From contig OX597815.1 in assembly GCA_951406725.2 (NCBI GenBank), positions 64,108,001-64,172,000 on the forward strand: a stretch of DNA of 64,000 nucleotides, written 5' to 3'. A program made the position numbers and the translations under genes. Positions 25,712-39,154 of this stretch are shown here, one piece after another. The notes under the pieces were generated by a model. It was not told where the DNA came from and made no database searches. It was given only the letters and a program-made list of their open reading frames with translations. The DNA is from Octopus vulgaris (taxonomy: Eukaryota). How positions within the stretch are numbered: position 1 is the first letter of the stretch; every line of letters starts with the position of its first letter.

Positions 25712-27035
25712 ATATGTACTGTTCCGTTATTGGTAGGATCAGCAAAAATGTACTGCTTCTAGCGAGTGAAAAATATCCTTTAGCAAACACAATACCCCAA
25801 CATCGCAGCAGCCTAATGACTGAAAGGATAAACGGTAAAGAAACAAGAAAAGGAAAGCTCGAGGGGAGAGAGGAGAAAGAGTTGTGGGTAGAGAGGGAAC
25901 TAAGAATAGTTGGGGATGGTTACCCCACAGTGTGTAAGACAGTATGTCTAATCCGGAGAGAGTTGTGTTTTTCAATCCGATTCTGTGAAATTGTAGTAAT
26001 GTACGCATTTTGCGAAAATTTCCCTTCATGTTCAGCAGGTTAGTGGGATTCTTGAATTCATGAGGAATATCAGTTTTTTTAATGCTATTATTTATTATTT
26101 ATTATTTAATTGAACGCGACGCATCCATTTCCTTTTTGATGCGACTCTTTACTATATACTGTTTTCTTCCTCCGTAATTCTCTCCCTTCTTCACCGTTTT
26201 CTATCTCACTCTCTCTCCCCTCTTTCTCTTTCTCTCCCCCTCTCGTTGCTCACACGTGACCAATTTTATCATGTAGTACTATAGTTAAATATTTCAAACA
26301 ATGTTGCTATATTTTATACAGTTAAAGTTTACGGTTTTTCAGAGGATTAAGAAGAATATTATAACAAAACGATAGAAATTTATGAATACTTTCGAATAAA
26401 AAAACCTGCTTAGATTATAATTTTATTAATATATAATTAGCATGTTCCTTTACCTCAATACTCCTTTATTAATACCAGTATATTCCAATTAATCAATATT
26501 CACAGATACCAATATGTATAAATATTAAACTATTTCTGGATAATTTCTTTTTCTCCCTCTATTGTGGTAAAAGTTTGGTATATACTCATGATAAGATTTC
26601 CCCTGTTTCATTATCAATGGTTTGCTAGTGGGTGACCCCCTTAATTGTCAGCTAACATCTTGTTTTAAGTTTTCCTTTATCAAATCTCATGATATTGCTT
26701 CTAATAAATCTTAATATTTATGACTATACTAACTATGATGTCTGTCTGTTCCATCAGCCCTACCCCTAACGGATACTGCCCCCTGTTCTCTCAGCCTTAG
26801 TTATACATGGGATTTGATAAACTAGTCGATAAATTAAAACTGACCCAATGAAAACAAAAAAAATCAGTGACAGGCAGAGAGTTTGTAACAATGTATATCT
26901 TCTTGAAAACTCAGTAACTTCTATGCTGGAGTGAGACAGCATATTTTTTGTCTATCTCCTTAACTTCTTGGAGATATTAGGTATAATTATACTAATGTGT
27001 CCATCTGTTCTAATTTAATTAAATTCTATGTCTTT

Positions 27036-27124
27036 GTGCAGCTGAAGATTGCTCTGCATTTTAAATTGATGTGATGATTGCATTGTTCAACTAAATGAAG
27101 TTGCATGAAACGATCGTACTGCAT
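27036..27124 (+). ncRNA. Type-I hammerhead ribozyme (family D)
   Basis: Stem I gtgcag/ctgcat; CTGAAGA; stem II (t)tgc...gca(t) with about 50-nt insert; GAAA; palindromic stem III acgatcgt; GUA triplet; about 35 nt upstream of (TA)n. Confidence 0.8.
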
Positions 27125-27151
27125 TATCTCTGGATATCCTTGTTGCTTATT

Positions 27152-27208
<57 letters not shown>

Positions 27209-27339
27209 GTATGTATGTGTAGGCACATATATATATATATATATGTGTGTGTATGTATGTATATATGTGCATATATGTATGTATATATACATATATATAA
27301 TGTACATATATATGTAAGTATGTTTTATATACTGTTCTA

Positions 27340-28030
27340 GAGATTATACAGCTATTGATTTAGATTTCAGCCAAAGTTCAATGCAAAGGTCCATCGTAAA
27401 CAACTTGTTTTTAAATTACTTATGTCCTCAATAAATCGGACTAGTTTCAGTCAAGGGTTGGGATTTCACCTGTATCCAAGTATCCTATTTTAAATTTCAA
27501 CACCTCTGAACTAGCTTGGTGACTTTAAGTGTCTTGAGGCCGGGTTCACAATAAGGACATCTTTACAGGCAAGAGTCAAGCCTTTAATAAGCTTCAACAC
27601 ATCTGGAAATCATGTATTCTAAAGTAAAATGATTTGACTACCACAGGGTACATTATTCTCTATAGAATTTATACCTGGACCATGACGAAGGCGCTTCAAG
27701 CTAGTCATGATGGTAAATACACCAATGACATTCAACTTCATTGATATTTCATAAGTTACTAATACTTGCATTTATCAGAGATTGTGCAGAGAATATTGTT
27801 TTGCAATGGGGCCGAAACCTAGACTGCGAAGAAAGGGCTTCAAAATCTCCTTGATGATGTGTACACTAGGCTTTGATAAGGGTTCAAAATATCTCATCGC
27901 ATGTGCAGAAGGTCAATGAGGAGATTTATGATCATTTTGCCTCCATCTCTTCTATTGTTGCTCAATGCAGGATGGGGTTTATGGCCCGTTGCTATCGTGC
28001 AGAACAGTAGCTTATATGAGATGTTATATT
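27340..28030 (+). mobile_element. Highly degenerate RTE-like LINE RT fragment
   Basis: Relics resembling AFNKLQHIWKS and GAET*T...LQNLLDDVYTRL. Confidence 0.4.
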
Positions 28031-28641
28031 TTGTGCATTTCTATATACAGACAAATGAGTTTCACTCTGTCTCTAGCATAGAGTCTTGCTTAAGATCTCA
28101 GGAATATTGTGTAATAACGATTAGATATCTAAAACAAAAGACATTTAACTCACTTCTAATTGAATACACACACACATACACACTCAAACAAACACACAAA
28201 TACGCACGCACACACACACACACACACACACATACAAACACATGCACATATGAGTAATGAAATCGATCAATGGGTAAGTACATGAATTACCATATACATA
28301 TAGAAACAGAGATACTGAAAATATGGATTTCCAAAAATATGTATATATGTATGTATGCGTGCGTGTGTGTATGTGTGTGAATGTGTGAGTGTGTGTGTGT
28401 GTGTGAATGTATGTGTGTGTCCGTGTGTGTGCATTTGTAATTATAATTTAAATATATATATATATATATATAGTGTTTGATGACACTATATATGCATACA
28501 CACACATATATAGGTATGCATGTATGTATGTATGTATGTATGTATGTATGTATGTATGTATGTACATTTATACGTTCATTAAAATTCATAAAATTCATAA
28601 TATTCGTACAAAATACAAAAGTTATAACATACGTATGTGCC

Positions 28642-28720
<79 letters not shown>

Positions 28721-29664
28721 TAATATATACTTTATATGCATGATTACATATATATTTACTCACCTACATTAACATGTGTGTATGTATATGTATGCATATG
28801 TATATATACACACACATACGTGTATATATATATAGATGGATAGATAACTAGATAGATAGATATATAGATACATACATACATACATACATACATACATACA
28901 TACATACATACATACATACATACATTTATGTATGTATCTATGCATATATCTATGTTGTGTGTATGTTTATAGATGGAGTGAATATGTTAAATGGTGTCAA
29001 CATTAGTATGGCAACATTTCGTGTCTCGAAATTGAAAAACGAGTTTTATAACTCAGCTGGAAGATTTCACCTTGAGAAACCTCCATAGATATTGTTCTCG
29101 ACTCTTCGTGACACGAAATATTCTAAAGGATGTTTAATGTATATAGAAGTCTAGAGATGGGAGTGGAGAGAAGGTAAGGACAACATCAACAATCTACACA
29201 ATAATATTACTGATTGTAATAGTGGTGTTGTTAACGATGATGATGATGACGACGGCGAGGAATATGATGATGATGGTGATGATGATAACGACGACGACGA
29301 CGACGACGACGACGTAGGTGGTGGTGGTGTTGGTGGTGATGATGATTGTTGTTGTCGATGTTGGTCTGAAATTCTAAACTATCTTTTTTATACATGATAA
29401 TGATAGTGATAATTCTGACTTTGGCAAGATTATTCTGCTCACCAAAAGGCACGAATCTTTGTCTAACTGTTGTTCTCCAATCTACAGGCGCATACATAGA
29501 GTTGCTCCATCCCGCTTAATCCGTTTTCCTGCCACAGTTAGCCACCTCCTGACAAAACAGCCCTGAGAACAGCACTTTACACAACATCCTGACTTTTCTC
29601 ACAACTTAAAAATTCGCTTCTTTAAAGAGAGCGATCTGCCCTCAATCATTTCAGATTCAGTAAT

Positions 29665-30031
29665 AACAAGAGCACTCAGAGAGCGCAAACCTCCGCCAAG
29701 GTGTCACCAATGTCCTCTCAACGATTAGCCAGAGACGATTTTTAAAATTAGAATATCTGAAACAAACTCGAGACTAAAAATGAGCGCGAAAGCTCTCAAA
29801 TATTAAGTAAATAAAACGGAAAAATAATCTAGAATCCTTGTCCCGTACCGCAGCGATCCCAAAATCTAATCAATTCGTGCTAGTGACGAAGCCAAACATA
29901 CTTGAAAGTTTCATTCTTAATCCATCCAGCGTTTCTTGAGATATCTTGTCCACGGACGAACAAATAAAGAAACAAACACGACTGTTTTTGTTTTCTACTA
30001 TTATTATTACTTCCGCCTTCGCTAAGGTGGA

Positions 30032-30039
<8 letters not shown>
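29665..30039. mobile_element. Helentron/HINE (DINE-1-like) non-autonomous element
   Basis: Starts aacaag...acctccgcc; ends in hairpin acttccgcc-ttcgctaa-ggtggaggt-aataa, whose arm is also the inverse of the 5' subterminal motif. Confidence 0.65.
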
Positions 30040-30098
<59 letters not shown>

Positions 30099-30102
30099 GT
30101 AA

Positions 30103-30171
<69 letters not shown>

Positions 30172-30429
30172 CAGTAATACAGGAGTAGTGGACTACAGCA
30201 ACTATCTGCTCAATACCGCAGATTTGCTTGTCTTGCTTGTCACTTGCTTGACCCTGGCCAGTTGAGTATGTCTCTTAGTAGCAGACGATATGTGCATCTC
30301 TGACGATATGTGCATGTCTGAACAGGAATAGTGCGGGAGCATCATAGCCATGTGTTGAAAGGGGTTTTTTGAAACATGGGTTGGAGTCTTTCTCCCAGGC
30401 AGGGTGATACTGTGTCTGATCTGATTCGT

Positions 30430-30775
30430 CACGAGGTAATGGTCTACACATGGCCTTCGTGCGCAGAACCTCCTGCAACCTAGCCTTCCGGATAATGACG
30501 TAGTTCAGCAGACAATAGTGGCCAGACCGAGGGTGTTTGTATGTGAAATAATTCTTCTTGGGCTGATCAAAGAATGAATTGGGGACGCAAGCCTCCTGCT
30601 GTGCACAGAAGTTCAGCAGGAGGGCTTCATTGGAGTTATTTTTGCTCCTGTCAAACTTGCCAATGATGCATGCATTGGTCTCACAGTCTGCTACCACCCT
30701 GCTATTGAAATCGCCTACAATCAGCAAGTTATCTTGGTGGGGAGCCTTGAATACATTCCTTGACAGCTCTTGGTA
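30430..30775 (-). pseudogene. RTE (BovB-like) LINE apurinic endonuclease fragment
   Basis: LIVGDFNSRV...NSNEALLLNFC...NSFF...YKHPRSGHYCLLNYVII...VLRTKAM. Confidence 0.8.
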
Positions 30776-30852
30776 GAATAAGAAATTTCAACTGACTGCT
30801 CTAGGACCAGAGTACTATATATGTGTATGTGTATATATAGCTATATACTAAC

Positions 30853-31824
30853 TTGACGGTTGTCAATTTCTTAGACGTTTCCTTAGATCTTAATAAGAAT
30901 ATTTATAAGCCTTATAGGAAGCCCAATGATAGACTAAGTTATATTAATGTAGGTTCATGCCATCCCCCTATAGTATTCAAAAATTTAGTTAACAATATTA
31001 GTAAGAGGATTTCTAGCCTCTCATCTGATGAGGACATCTTCAATAGCGTTGCCCCAGTTTATAATAAGGCTTTAAAAGATAGTGGTTTTGGCGATAAAAT
31101 TAAATATACACCTATCACTAGCCCAACAGTAAAGAAAAGGAATAATAGAAATAGGAAGGTCATCTGGTTTACGCCCCCTTACTCAACCGAGGTGGCCTTC
31201 AATATAGGTAAATATTTCCTAGCACTGATAGATAGACATTTTCCAGTTAACCATACTTATAGGAAACTCTTCAATAGACACAATTTAAAAATTAGTTTTA
31301 GTTCAACTACCAATTTTAAAAACATAATCAAACATAACATACAAAAAACACAAGAAGAAAACAGCTGTTCATGCAGGAATAAAGAATTGTGCCCGCTAAA
31401 TGGAGCTTGCATGTCTAAGACCATCATATATGAAGCTACCGTAAACTCTATAACCACTAAAGACACCGTTTCGACGAAGAAATACGTGGGCCTTACAGAG
31501 GGCAATTTCAAGGCCAGGTTCAATAACCACACTTTGAGCTTTAGGCACTGGAACAAAAGAAAAGCGACACAATTGTCTAATCATATTTGGTCTTTAAGAG
31601 ATAAAGGTGTCGATTATAACATACAATGGAAGATTTTGGCCAGATGTAAGCCCTATACTAACGGCAGCGGAAGGTGCGGTCTATGCGACATGGAGAGATG
31701 GCTTATCTGGAAAAGCAGCTTAGACCCTACTACATGTCTAAATACAAGGACAGAGCTTTTCGGATCATGCCCACATGTGACTAAGTTTCTGTTACGTTTT
31801 TGGTCCCCTAAAGAAAACAGATAG
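30853..31824 (+). CDS. Penelope-like element (Naiad-type) ORF, 5'-truncated: RT thumb, linker, Cys cluster and GIY-YIG endonuclease; element extends to about 32183
   Basis: VNFLDVSLDL, YRKP, SCHPP, IWFTPPYS, CSCRNKELCPLNGAC, IIYEA...YVGLT...FKARFNNH, CGLC...LNTRTELFGSCPH; open for 323 codons. Confidence 0.9.
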   Translation: MTVVNFLDVSLDLNKNIYKPYRKPNDRLSYINVGSCHPPIVFKNLVNNISKRISSLSSDEDIFNSVAPVYNKALKDSGFGDKIKYTPITSPTVKKRNNRNRKVIWFTPPYSTEVAFNIGKYFLALIDRHFPVNHTYRKLFNRHNLKISFSSTTNFKNIIKHNIQKTQEENSCSCRNKELCPLNGACMSKTIIYEATVNSITTKDTVSTKKYVGLTEGNFKARFNNHTLSFRHWNKRKATQLSNHIWSLRDKGVDYNIQWKILARCKPYTNGSGRCGLCDMERWLIWKSSLDPTTCLNTRTELFGSCPHVTKFLLRFWSPKENR

Positions 31825-32017
31825 AACATGCTTTCTATGTTATGTCCCAAGAAGAATTTATATATTTTTATATATTTTTTATATATTTTTTATGTATTTT
31901 TATATAATTTTTATGACGAAAAATGCGAGCGATGTATAAGTACGCAGGCAAGCAGAGTTATAACAGAGTAATTTCCCTTTATTTAACGGTATTTTTTCAT
32001 AACGTTTTCAAATAGCC

Positions 32018-32080
32018 AGATAACCGAAGAGATGGTGTTGTGGATTTCCACTTCGGCATCTGAAACTCAGAGTTTTATCT
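32018..32080 (+). ncRNA. Variant type-I hammerhead in the 3' pLTR of the Penelope-like element
   Basis: Stem I agataa/ttatct; CCGAAGA (U-to-C variant); stem II gatg...catc; GAAA; stem III actc-a-gagt; GUU triplet. Confidence 0.6.
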
Positions 32081-32182
32081 CTACTACTGAGTAATGTAAC
32101 ATATTGTATAGATAAATTTCCTCTATTTACATAATATTGAGGTCTCTTTCTTTCTTTCTTTTGTTATCTTACCGTTTTATCA

Positions 32183-32262
<80 letters not shown>

Positions 32263-32773
32263 TATCTATAAAAATATATATATATACATACATATACACA
32301 CATACATATGTGCTTGTGTATACGTATATATAGATATATATATATATATTGCCACTCTCTTATGTGTGTGCATGTGTTTGTGTGTGTGCGTGTGTGTGTG
32401 TATTTCCCCCATATATCTCAACATATCTCATTTTACTTAATTATCTTTTAGCACGTCCATCTTTATTTTATTTTTATTGTTTTTTTTTTACTTTTTACTA
32501 ATATTCCCGTCTTTGTTCTCTTGTTTGTTGTTGGTGTTGAGTTTTATATTTCCTATTCGTTGTTTTCTCTAGATATCCAGCTTTTTTTCTATCTTTTATC
32601 ACATTATATTAATTTATATATAAAATTGCACGCACGCGCACACACACACACACACATACCTGTCTGCGTGTATGTACACATAGATAAATTGTAGTAATTT
32701 CTGTCTCTCTTTTTCTCCCTACTTCTCTCTATATATACATATACACATACATACATACATACATACATATACG

Positions 32774-32804
<31 letters not shown>

Positions 32805-32812
32805 GCGTATAT

Positions 32813-32852
<40 letters not shown>

Positions 32853-33099
32853 ACACTTACTCATTTAGTGTTAACTGTCGGAACAAAGAGTACTCGATTC
32901 CATTGTAGAGATTAATAATATTTTTATTTTGGTCGAGTTTGTTTCTTGTTACTTTCAGTTTCATCTGTGGACGCACAAGATCTTCAGGCAAGTAATGACC
33001 TGCTCGGAGATCTTGTGCATCAACACATGACATTCAGAGTAGCAAGAGACTACCACAACTACCAATATATATATATTTCTTTCTTTCTTTCTTTCTTTC

Positions 33100-33495
33100 T
33101 TTTCTTTTACTTGTTTCAGTCATTTTGACTGCGGCCATGCTGGAGCACCGCCTTTTAGTCGAGCAAATCGACCCCGGGACTCATTCTTTTTGTAAGCCCA
33201 GTACTTATTCTATCGGTCTCTTTTTGCCGAACCGCTAAGTGACGGGGACGTAAACACACCAGCATCGGTTGTCAAGCAATGCTAGGGGAACAAACACAGA
33301 CACACAAACACACACACATATATACATATATACGACAGGCTTCTTTCAGTTTCCGTCTACCAAATCCACTCACAAGGCATTGGTCGGCCCGGGGCTATAG
33401 CAGAAGACACTTGCCCAAGATGCCACGCAGTGGGACTGAACCCGGAACCATGTGGTTGGTTAGCAAGCTACTTACCACACAGCCACCCCTGCGCC
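33100..33495 (-). mobile_element. tRNA-derived SINE family 2, full length
   Basis: Minus strand ggcgcaggggtggctgtgtggtaag...ggttcagtccc (A/B boxes), internal (GT)n, tail aaacaagtaaaagaa; homologues at 35224, 35921, 48590 and 10340. Confidence 0.85.
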
Positions 33496-33504
33496 TATAT
33501 ATAT

Positions 33505-33700
33505 ATATATAAAACTGTGAATGTGTGTGCGTGTCTGTCTGTCTGTGTGTTTCCCTAAAACTTGAGAACTACATAACCAATTTCATTCAAATTTTATACA
33601 TGCCTTACTTAGGGTCCGCGGAGTGTCATTGGCAAGAACATTTTTTAGCTTTTTGCCTAAGGCGAACCCATAGCAATATCATATCTTCTCCACTATTTCA
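33505..33700 (+). mobile_element. Possible non-autonomous Helitron 5' portion
   Basis: tatataaaactg...(gtct)n...aaccaatttcattcaaattttatac layout resembles Helitron-N 5' ends; no clear 3' hairpin found. Confidence 0.35.
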
Positions 33701-34377
33701 GTATTACGTGTTAAAAGTGAAACAAAAACATTTTATGTCAGATAATTTCACTTCAACAATAAAAATTAGAGATAATAATAATAATTGAATTATACGTAGT
33801 AAGTAATAATTAAAATCAAATATAATTAAAAGTAAAAATAGCAATGGGTATAAGATTACATCGATGACTTGAACATGAATAAGTGGTTTCACATGAATGG
33901 GAATAAATTAAAAATAAAATTAGTGTGCAGAAATGGAATAGTCCAGATGGAGCTGTGCACATACCGTTTACCACGGCTTTTACATTAGATTATCTGCTAA
34001 TTAGCTAGCATTAAGTATATAGATACTTAATGAAGTTTGGCTGTATGTAATGTCTGTTTTCTCGAACAGCCGCTTCTACTGAGTACTGCTGTTGGTTTAT
34101 TTCTTATACATAAAGGAATATAGCTTCAACTGCGTACTGCGTTTTGATTCACCGTAAGGTTTGTTGTTATTATTATCATTGTTTAACTAATGTTATCATG
34201 TTTGTTGGTTCCTCGTAAGGGAAACGTTCTTGTGTTGCATTTGTTAAATAATTATAAACCGTAACCCCGCCTCCTTTGGGAGAAGGAGTTTTGGTTATTG
34301 TTTCAAAATTGAATTGTGTCCCTGTTTGGGGAAATTGACAATATTTTCATCGTTTATACTGAAGCATTTTTGTTAAA

Positions 34378-34885
34378 ATGCCTTCGATAGAAGAAAGTCC
34401 AAAAATTAATTTCGCTGCAGCCGTCGGCGGGCGCGAACTGATTAAAATTAAAATGGAAGAAATACAAACCTATTTCGGATTGATCACCGACAAAGACACC
34501 AAACGAAATAAAAAAATAAAATTAAAGAAAAGACTATTGTCTATAAAGTATACATTGTAGAGAAAAAAAAGATTTGAACACCTGGAGGAAAGCACCATCG
34601 AAAAGTGTCTTGGTGCGACTATGAAAGATATCAAGTATCTAACCAGAGACGGTAAATTCGCCACAATAGCAGCAAGGTTCGAGTCAACGGAGCGTGCAAG
34701 AGAGTACTCGACTCGAACCTTGTAAAGTGGAAATGTTTTATTTTTACCTTTATATCTGGGACGTAGGAGGTCCCGGATAACAATTAAAAATGTCCCCCCA
34801 GAAGTAGAGGTAGGCTTGATTGTAGCCACACTTCTATACAAGAGGAAGGACAAGATACAATTGATCGAAATTGCAAGAGACGGGC
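34378..34885 (+). pseudogene. Possible non-LTR retrotransposon ORF1 (gag-like) relic
   Basis: Continuous frame with stops: MPSIEESPKINFAAAV...LPLYLGRRRSRITIKNVPPEV; resembles L1/Tx1-type ORF1 N-termini. Confidence 0.4.
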
Positions 34886-35123
34886 CTACAATTCCAGTCC
34901 GTTATACATTTTGAGTATTGTTATCACTAGCGATATCAAGATATAATTTTGTATTTTATGTGTAGATGTATATATATATAGATGTACATGTAATATGTAC
35001 ACATATATATACACATATATACATGCTATTATATATATATATATATATATTTATACAAATTGAGATAGGGGTTGTAAGTTCAACCCTCCATGGGATAGAT
35101 GTATTTCTCCATTTTCTATATTT

Positions 35124-35183
<60 letters not shown>

Positions 35184-35223
35184 TGTATGTATGTATGTAT
35201 GTATGTATGTATATAATGGTACA

Positions 35224-35608
35224 GACGTGGGTGTGGTAAGACACTTGCTTCCTAACCACATGGTTCCTGGTTCCTGAGTCCCACTGCGTGAGCACCTTGT
35301 TTAAGTGTCTTCTACTATAACCTCGGGCTGACCAAAACCATGTGAGAAGATTTGGTAGACTGAAATTGAAAAAAGCCTTTATGTGTGTGTGTGTTTTGTG
35401 TCTGTGTTTATCAGCCACAACCGCTTGACAACCGGTGCATGTCTGTTTACGACCCTGTAACTTAGCGGCTCGGTAAAAAAAATACATGAAGTAGCAGGTT
35501 TAAAAATGGAAGTACTGGAGTTTATTCTTTCGATTAAAAACTCCTCAAGGCGGTCCTCCAGAATGGCCACAGTTTGATGACTGAAAAAATTAAAAGCTGA
35601 AAGATAAA
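35224..35608 (+). mobile_element. SINE family 2 copy
   Basis: Homologous to 33100-33495. Confidence 0.8.
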
Positions 35609-35869
35609 ATGCACACGCGTGCGCACTTACATTGATGTTGTTCCCTATATAGGCACAAATGTAATTGTTTCCACTTCAGATTCGAGCCTCCGATAATCAG
35701 GTCTTATTCAGACACTGACCTATGAGTCCACTTCATTTTATAGCAGAAATACATAAGATTATTCTTTATTCCTTTATCATCTCTCTTTCTTATTACCGAT
35801 CTATACCTTGTTCTGAAACATATGTATATTGAGTTCTACATTGAGTTATTGTTTTCACAATGTCTAAGC

Positions 35870-35920
<51 letters not shown>

Positions 35921-35922
<2 letters not shown>

Positions 35923-36092
35923 CGTAGGAGTGTCAGTGAGGCAAGAGGCTTGCTTCCCTACCACATGGCTCCGGGTTCAGCCCCACTTCTTGGCACCTTA
36001 GGTGAGTATCTTCTACTATAGCCTTAGACAGACCAAAGCCTTGAATGGAATTGGTAGACGGAAAACGAAAGTATATATATATAAGCCTGTCG

Positions 36093-36153
<61 letters not shown>

Positions 36154-36358
36154 CTGTTGTGTCTGTGTCTGTCCTCTTACTATCGCTTGACACACCGATA
36201 TTGGTGTGTTTACACCCGCGTCACCTAGCGGTTCGCCAATAAGAGACCGAGAAATAAGTACTAGTCTATCAAACAGTGAGTCCTAGGGTTGATTTGTTCG
36301 ACTAAAGGTGGGGCTCCAGCATGGCCGTAGGTAAATGACTGAAACAAGTAAAAGAATA
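35921..36358 (+). mobile_element. SINE family 2 copy
   Basis: ggcgtaggagtg...gggttcagcccc...gaaacaagtaaaagaa. Confidence 0.8.
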
Positions 36359-37072
36359 TATATTCGAAACTCCGAGTACTATAATGACAACTTACTGTTT
36401 GTTCTAAATTATAACATATGTTTGTGTGTGTGTGTGTATTATTTAGTATTTGATTGACTCGGCTCAATGTAATTTAGAGTTGCGTCCGCTCGTCGAACGA
36501 ACCTACTGCGTCATGCTTATAGAGGGCGAATAAGACAAGTAACGAGATGACGTCTAGATGTTGGGCCGCTATAGGTCAAAGAAGTTCACATGTTTTTGTG
36601 AATATGGTAGAGATATTAATTCAGACTCTAATTCCTAGGACCACGTATTAGGACAGGATGTTGATATGCCTGGAAAATGGGGGTTGATTTATTAACGATC
36701 TGAGTTAGCTGGTATGTATGCACGCGCGTGTGTACGTGTGTGTGCGCGCGCGCAAGCACCTGTGTACATGATGTGTGAGTGTGTGTATCTGGTGCATACG
36801 CATGTGCATTTGTTCTGTGTATATATGTGCATCTAGTGCGCGTTACGTACCCTTAACGTAGTTCTCAGGGATATTCAGGGTGACAAAGAATGTGACAAGG
36901 CTGGATCTTTTGAATTTCAGGTACAACTTATTTTGGCCAGGTGAGTGGACTGTAACAACATGAAATAAGGTGCCTTGCTTAAGGACACAATGCAAGCCCA
37001 GAAATCGAACTCACGATCTTACAATACATATACAGGCATATATTTATGCAAGTATATACATACATGGGTATG

Positions 37073-37125
<53 letters not shown>

Positions 37126-37211
37126 GTATGTATATATGTACACATACATATATACATATATTAAACATATACACTCATATAAATATATATTGCTTTCAGA
37201 GAAGAAGCAAC

Positions 37212-37247
<36 letters not shown>

Positions 37248-37250
37248 CTG

Positions 37251-37281
<31 letters not shown>

Positions 37282-37486
37282 GTCTGTATATACTTCATAA
37301 TTTCAATATATATTTATTCATTTATCAGTTGTACATTAATTCTAGTTTTCAGTCTTACATTTTTACATTTTTTCTCAATTATGTCCGGTTAATAACGAAT
37401 CAATCCTTCCAAAGTCTAGCTTCTTTTCTTTCCGTTATACCTTCATTTTTTCCCTCTTTCTCTCATTCTAACCTTCCTTCTTTCTC

Positions 37487-37533
<47 letters not shown>

Positions 37534-37618
37534 CGATATCAACCTCACACAACATTTTCTATTTTGATCATTCATTTTTTTAAACTTATAGATTATTATT
37601 GTTATTATTAATATTATT

Positions 37619-37659
<41 letters not shown>

Positions 37660-37700
37660 TATCATCATCGTCGTCATCGTCGTCGTCGTCGTCGTTGTTG

Positions 37701-37744
<44 letters not shown>

Positions 37745-37747
<3 letters not shown>

Positions 37748-39085
37748 TAGTCTCCTTTCTATCACGTGCTTTCACTGCAGTACCGAGCGCAGCTCTGTAT
37801 GCCTTGGGTATGTGCTGTCGTTCGTTGTGATGCTCTTATTGTTACTGTATTGAAAGTGTTTTACGTAGGATGTGTGCGGTGCCTAGTAGTGCTATTATCT
37901 GGATGCTATATATTCGTTAGTCCTGATGTTTTTGTTATGAATTTTTCTGAATATTTTTTTATCATACCCAATGCGCCTACTATGATAGGAATTATTTCTG
38001 TGTTTAGACTATACATTCGAGTTACCTCTCTTTCCAGGTCTTTGTATTTTGAAATTTCTCCGTTTATTTTAGAGAAACGTTGTCATTTGTTGGTATTGAT
38101 ACATCGATTAGAAAGCATTTCTTTTCTTGATCATCTCTCACAACTATATCCGGGATATTGGCCTTAATTTCTCTATCAGTGTGTATTGGCATATCCCATA
38201 ATATGGTTGCTTTCTCATTTTCTGTGACCTTTTCTTGCGTGTGCCTATACCATCTTTTATCTGTTGTTATTCCATAGTGTTGGCATAGCTTGCAGTGTAT
38301 ATAGGTCCCAACTCTCTCGTGTCTGTGAATATGTTCTTTCTCAGCCAGGACTGGGCAGTCAGAGATAATATGGTTTATTGCTTCTTGTCCATCTCCACAT
38401 ATTCTTGTTACTTGTTATGTTTCTTTTCATTATATGTTTTGGTAATTTCTGATGGGGAAGCTTTGTTCTTGTGCTGCAATTATAAATCCTTCAATCTCTT
38501 CTTTGAGCCCTGAGCTACTCAGCTATTGGGATTTTGCTTTGCCTATTTCTTTCGTGTTTAGTCTAACCCAGTATCTGACATGAAGGGGCTTTGTTCCCAT
38601 CGTTTTATCATGATTCGTTGCTGTTCCAGTTTTAGCTTGGATTTCAGTTGTTTTACAGCTTTTGTTGTTTCTTCTTTTTCTCCATAGCTGTTGTCAGCTT
38701 CCTTAAAGACTGGAAACAGTTTTTTTTGTTTTGTTCGTCTATCGTGGCTATTTGTATTAGTTTACCTCGCTTCAGAAGTAGGTATATTTGTAGTCCTATG
38801 GTGGTTATTTTGTAATAGTTTTCTAGCTGTATAAGGCCTCTACAACCTTCTACACGTTGTATAGATTTTGTGTGGTGCATCTTAAATCCGGTCATTATTT
38901 TCCTTGCTTTCCTGTCTATTTTGATTAGTTCATTTCGTGTCCAGTTAAGGATATTGTAGCCGTCACTTATAACTGGGACGGCTAGAGTGTTGATACCTAT
39001 TATCTTGTTTTTCGCATTGAGCTCTGTTTTCAGTATTAATTTAACTCGGCTATAGCATTCTTTTTTTATTTTCCATTTCATTTGT
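37745..39085 (-). mobile_element. R4/Dong-like RLE retrotransposon, 3' portion, degenerate (same family as 50570-52706)
   Basis: Colinear similarity to 50570-51970; ILKTELNAKNKIIGINTLAVPVI; (ATT)n on both sides. Confidence 0.88.
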
Positions 39086-39101
39086 TTTATTATTATTATT
39101 A

Positions 39102-39154
<53 letters not shown>

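Noticed and set aside
33420-33495. tRNA gene
   Set aside because: It is the tRNA-derived head of a SINE; no complete cloverleaf.
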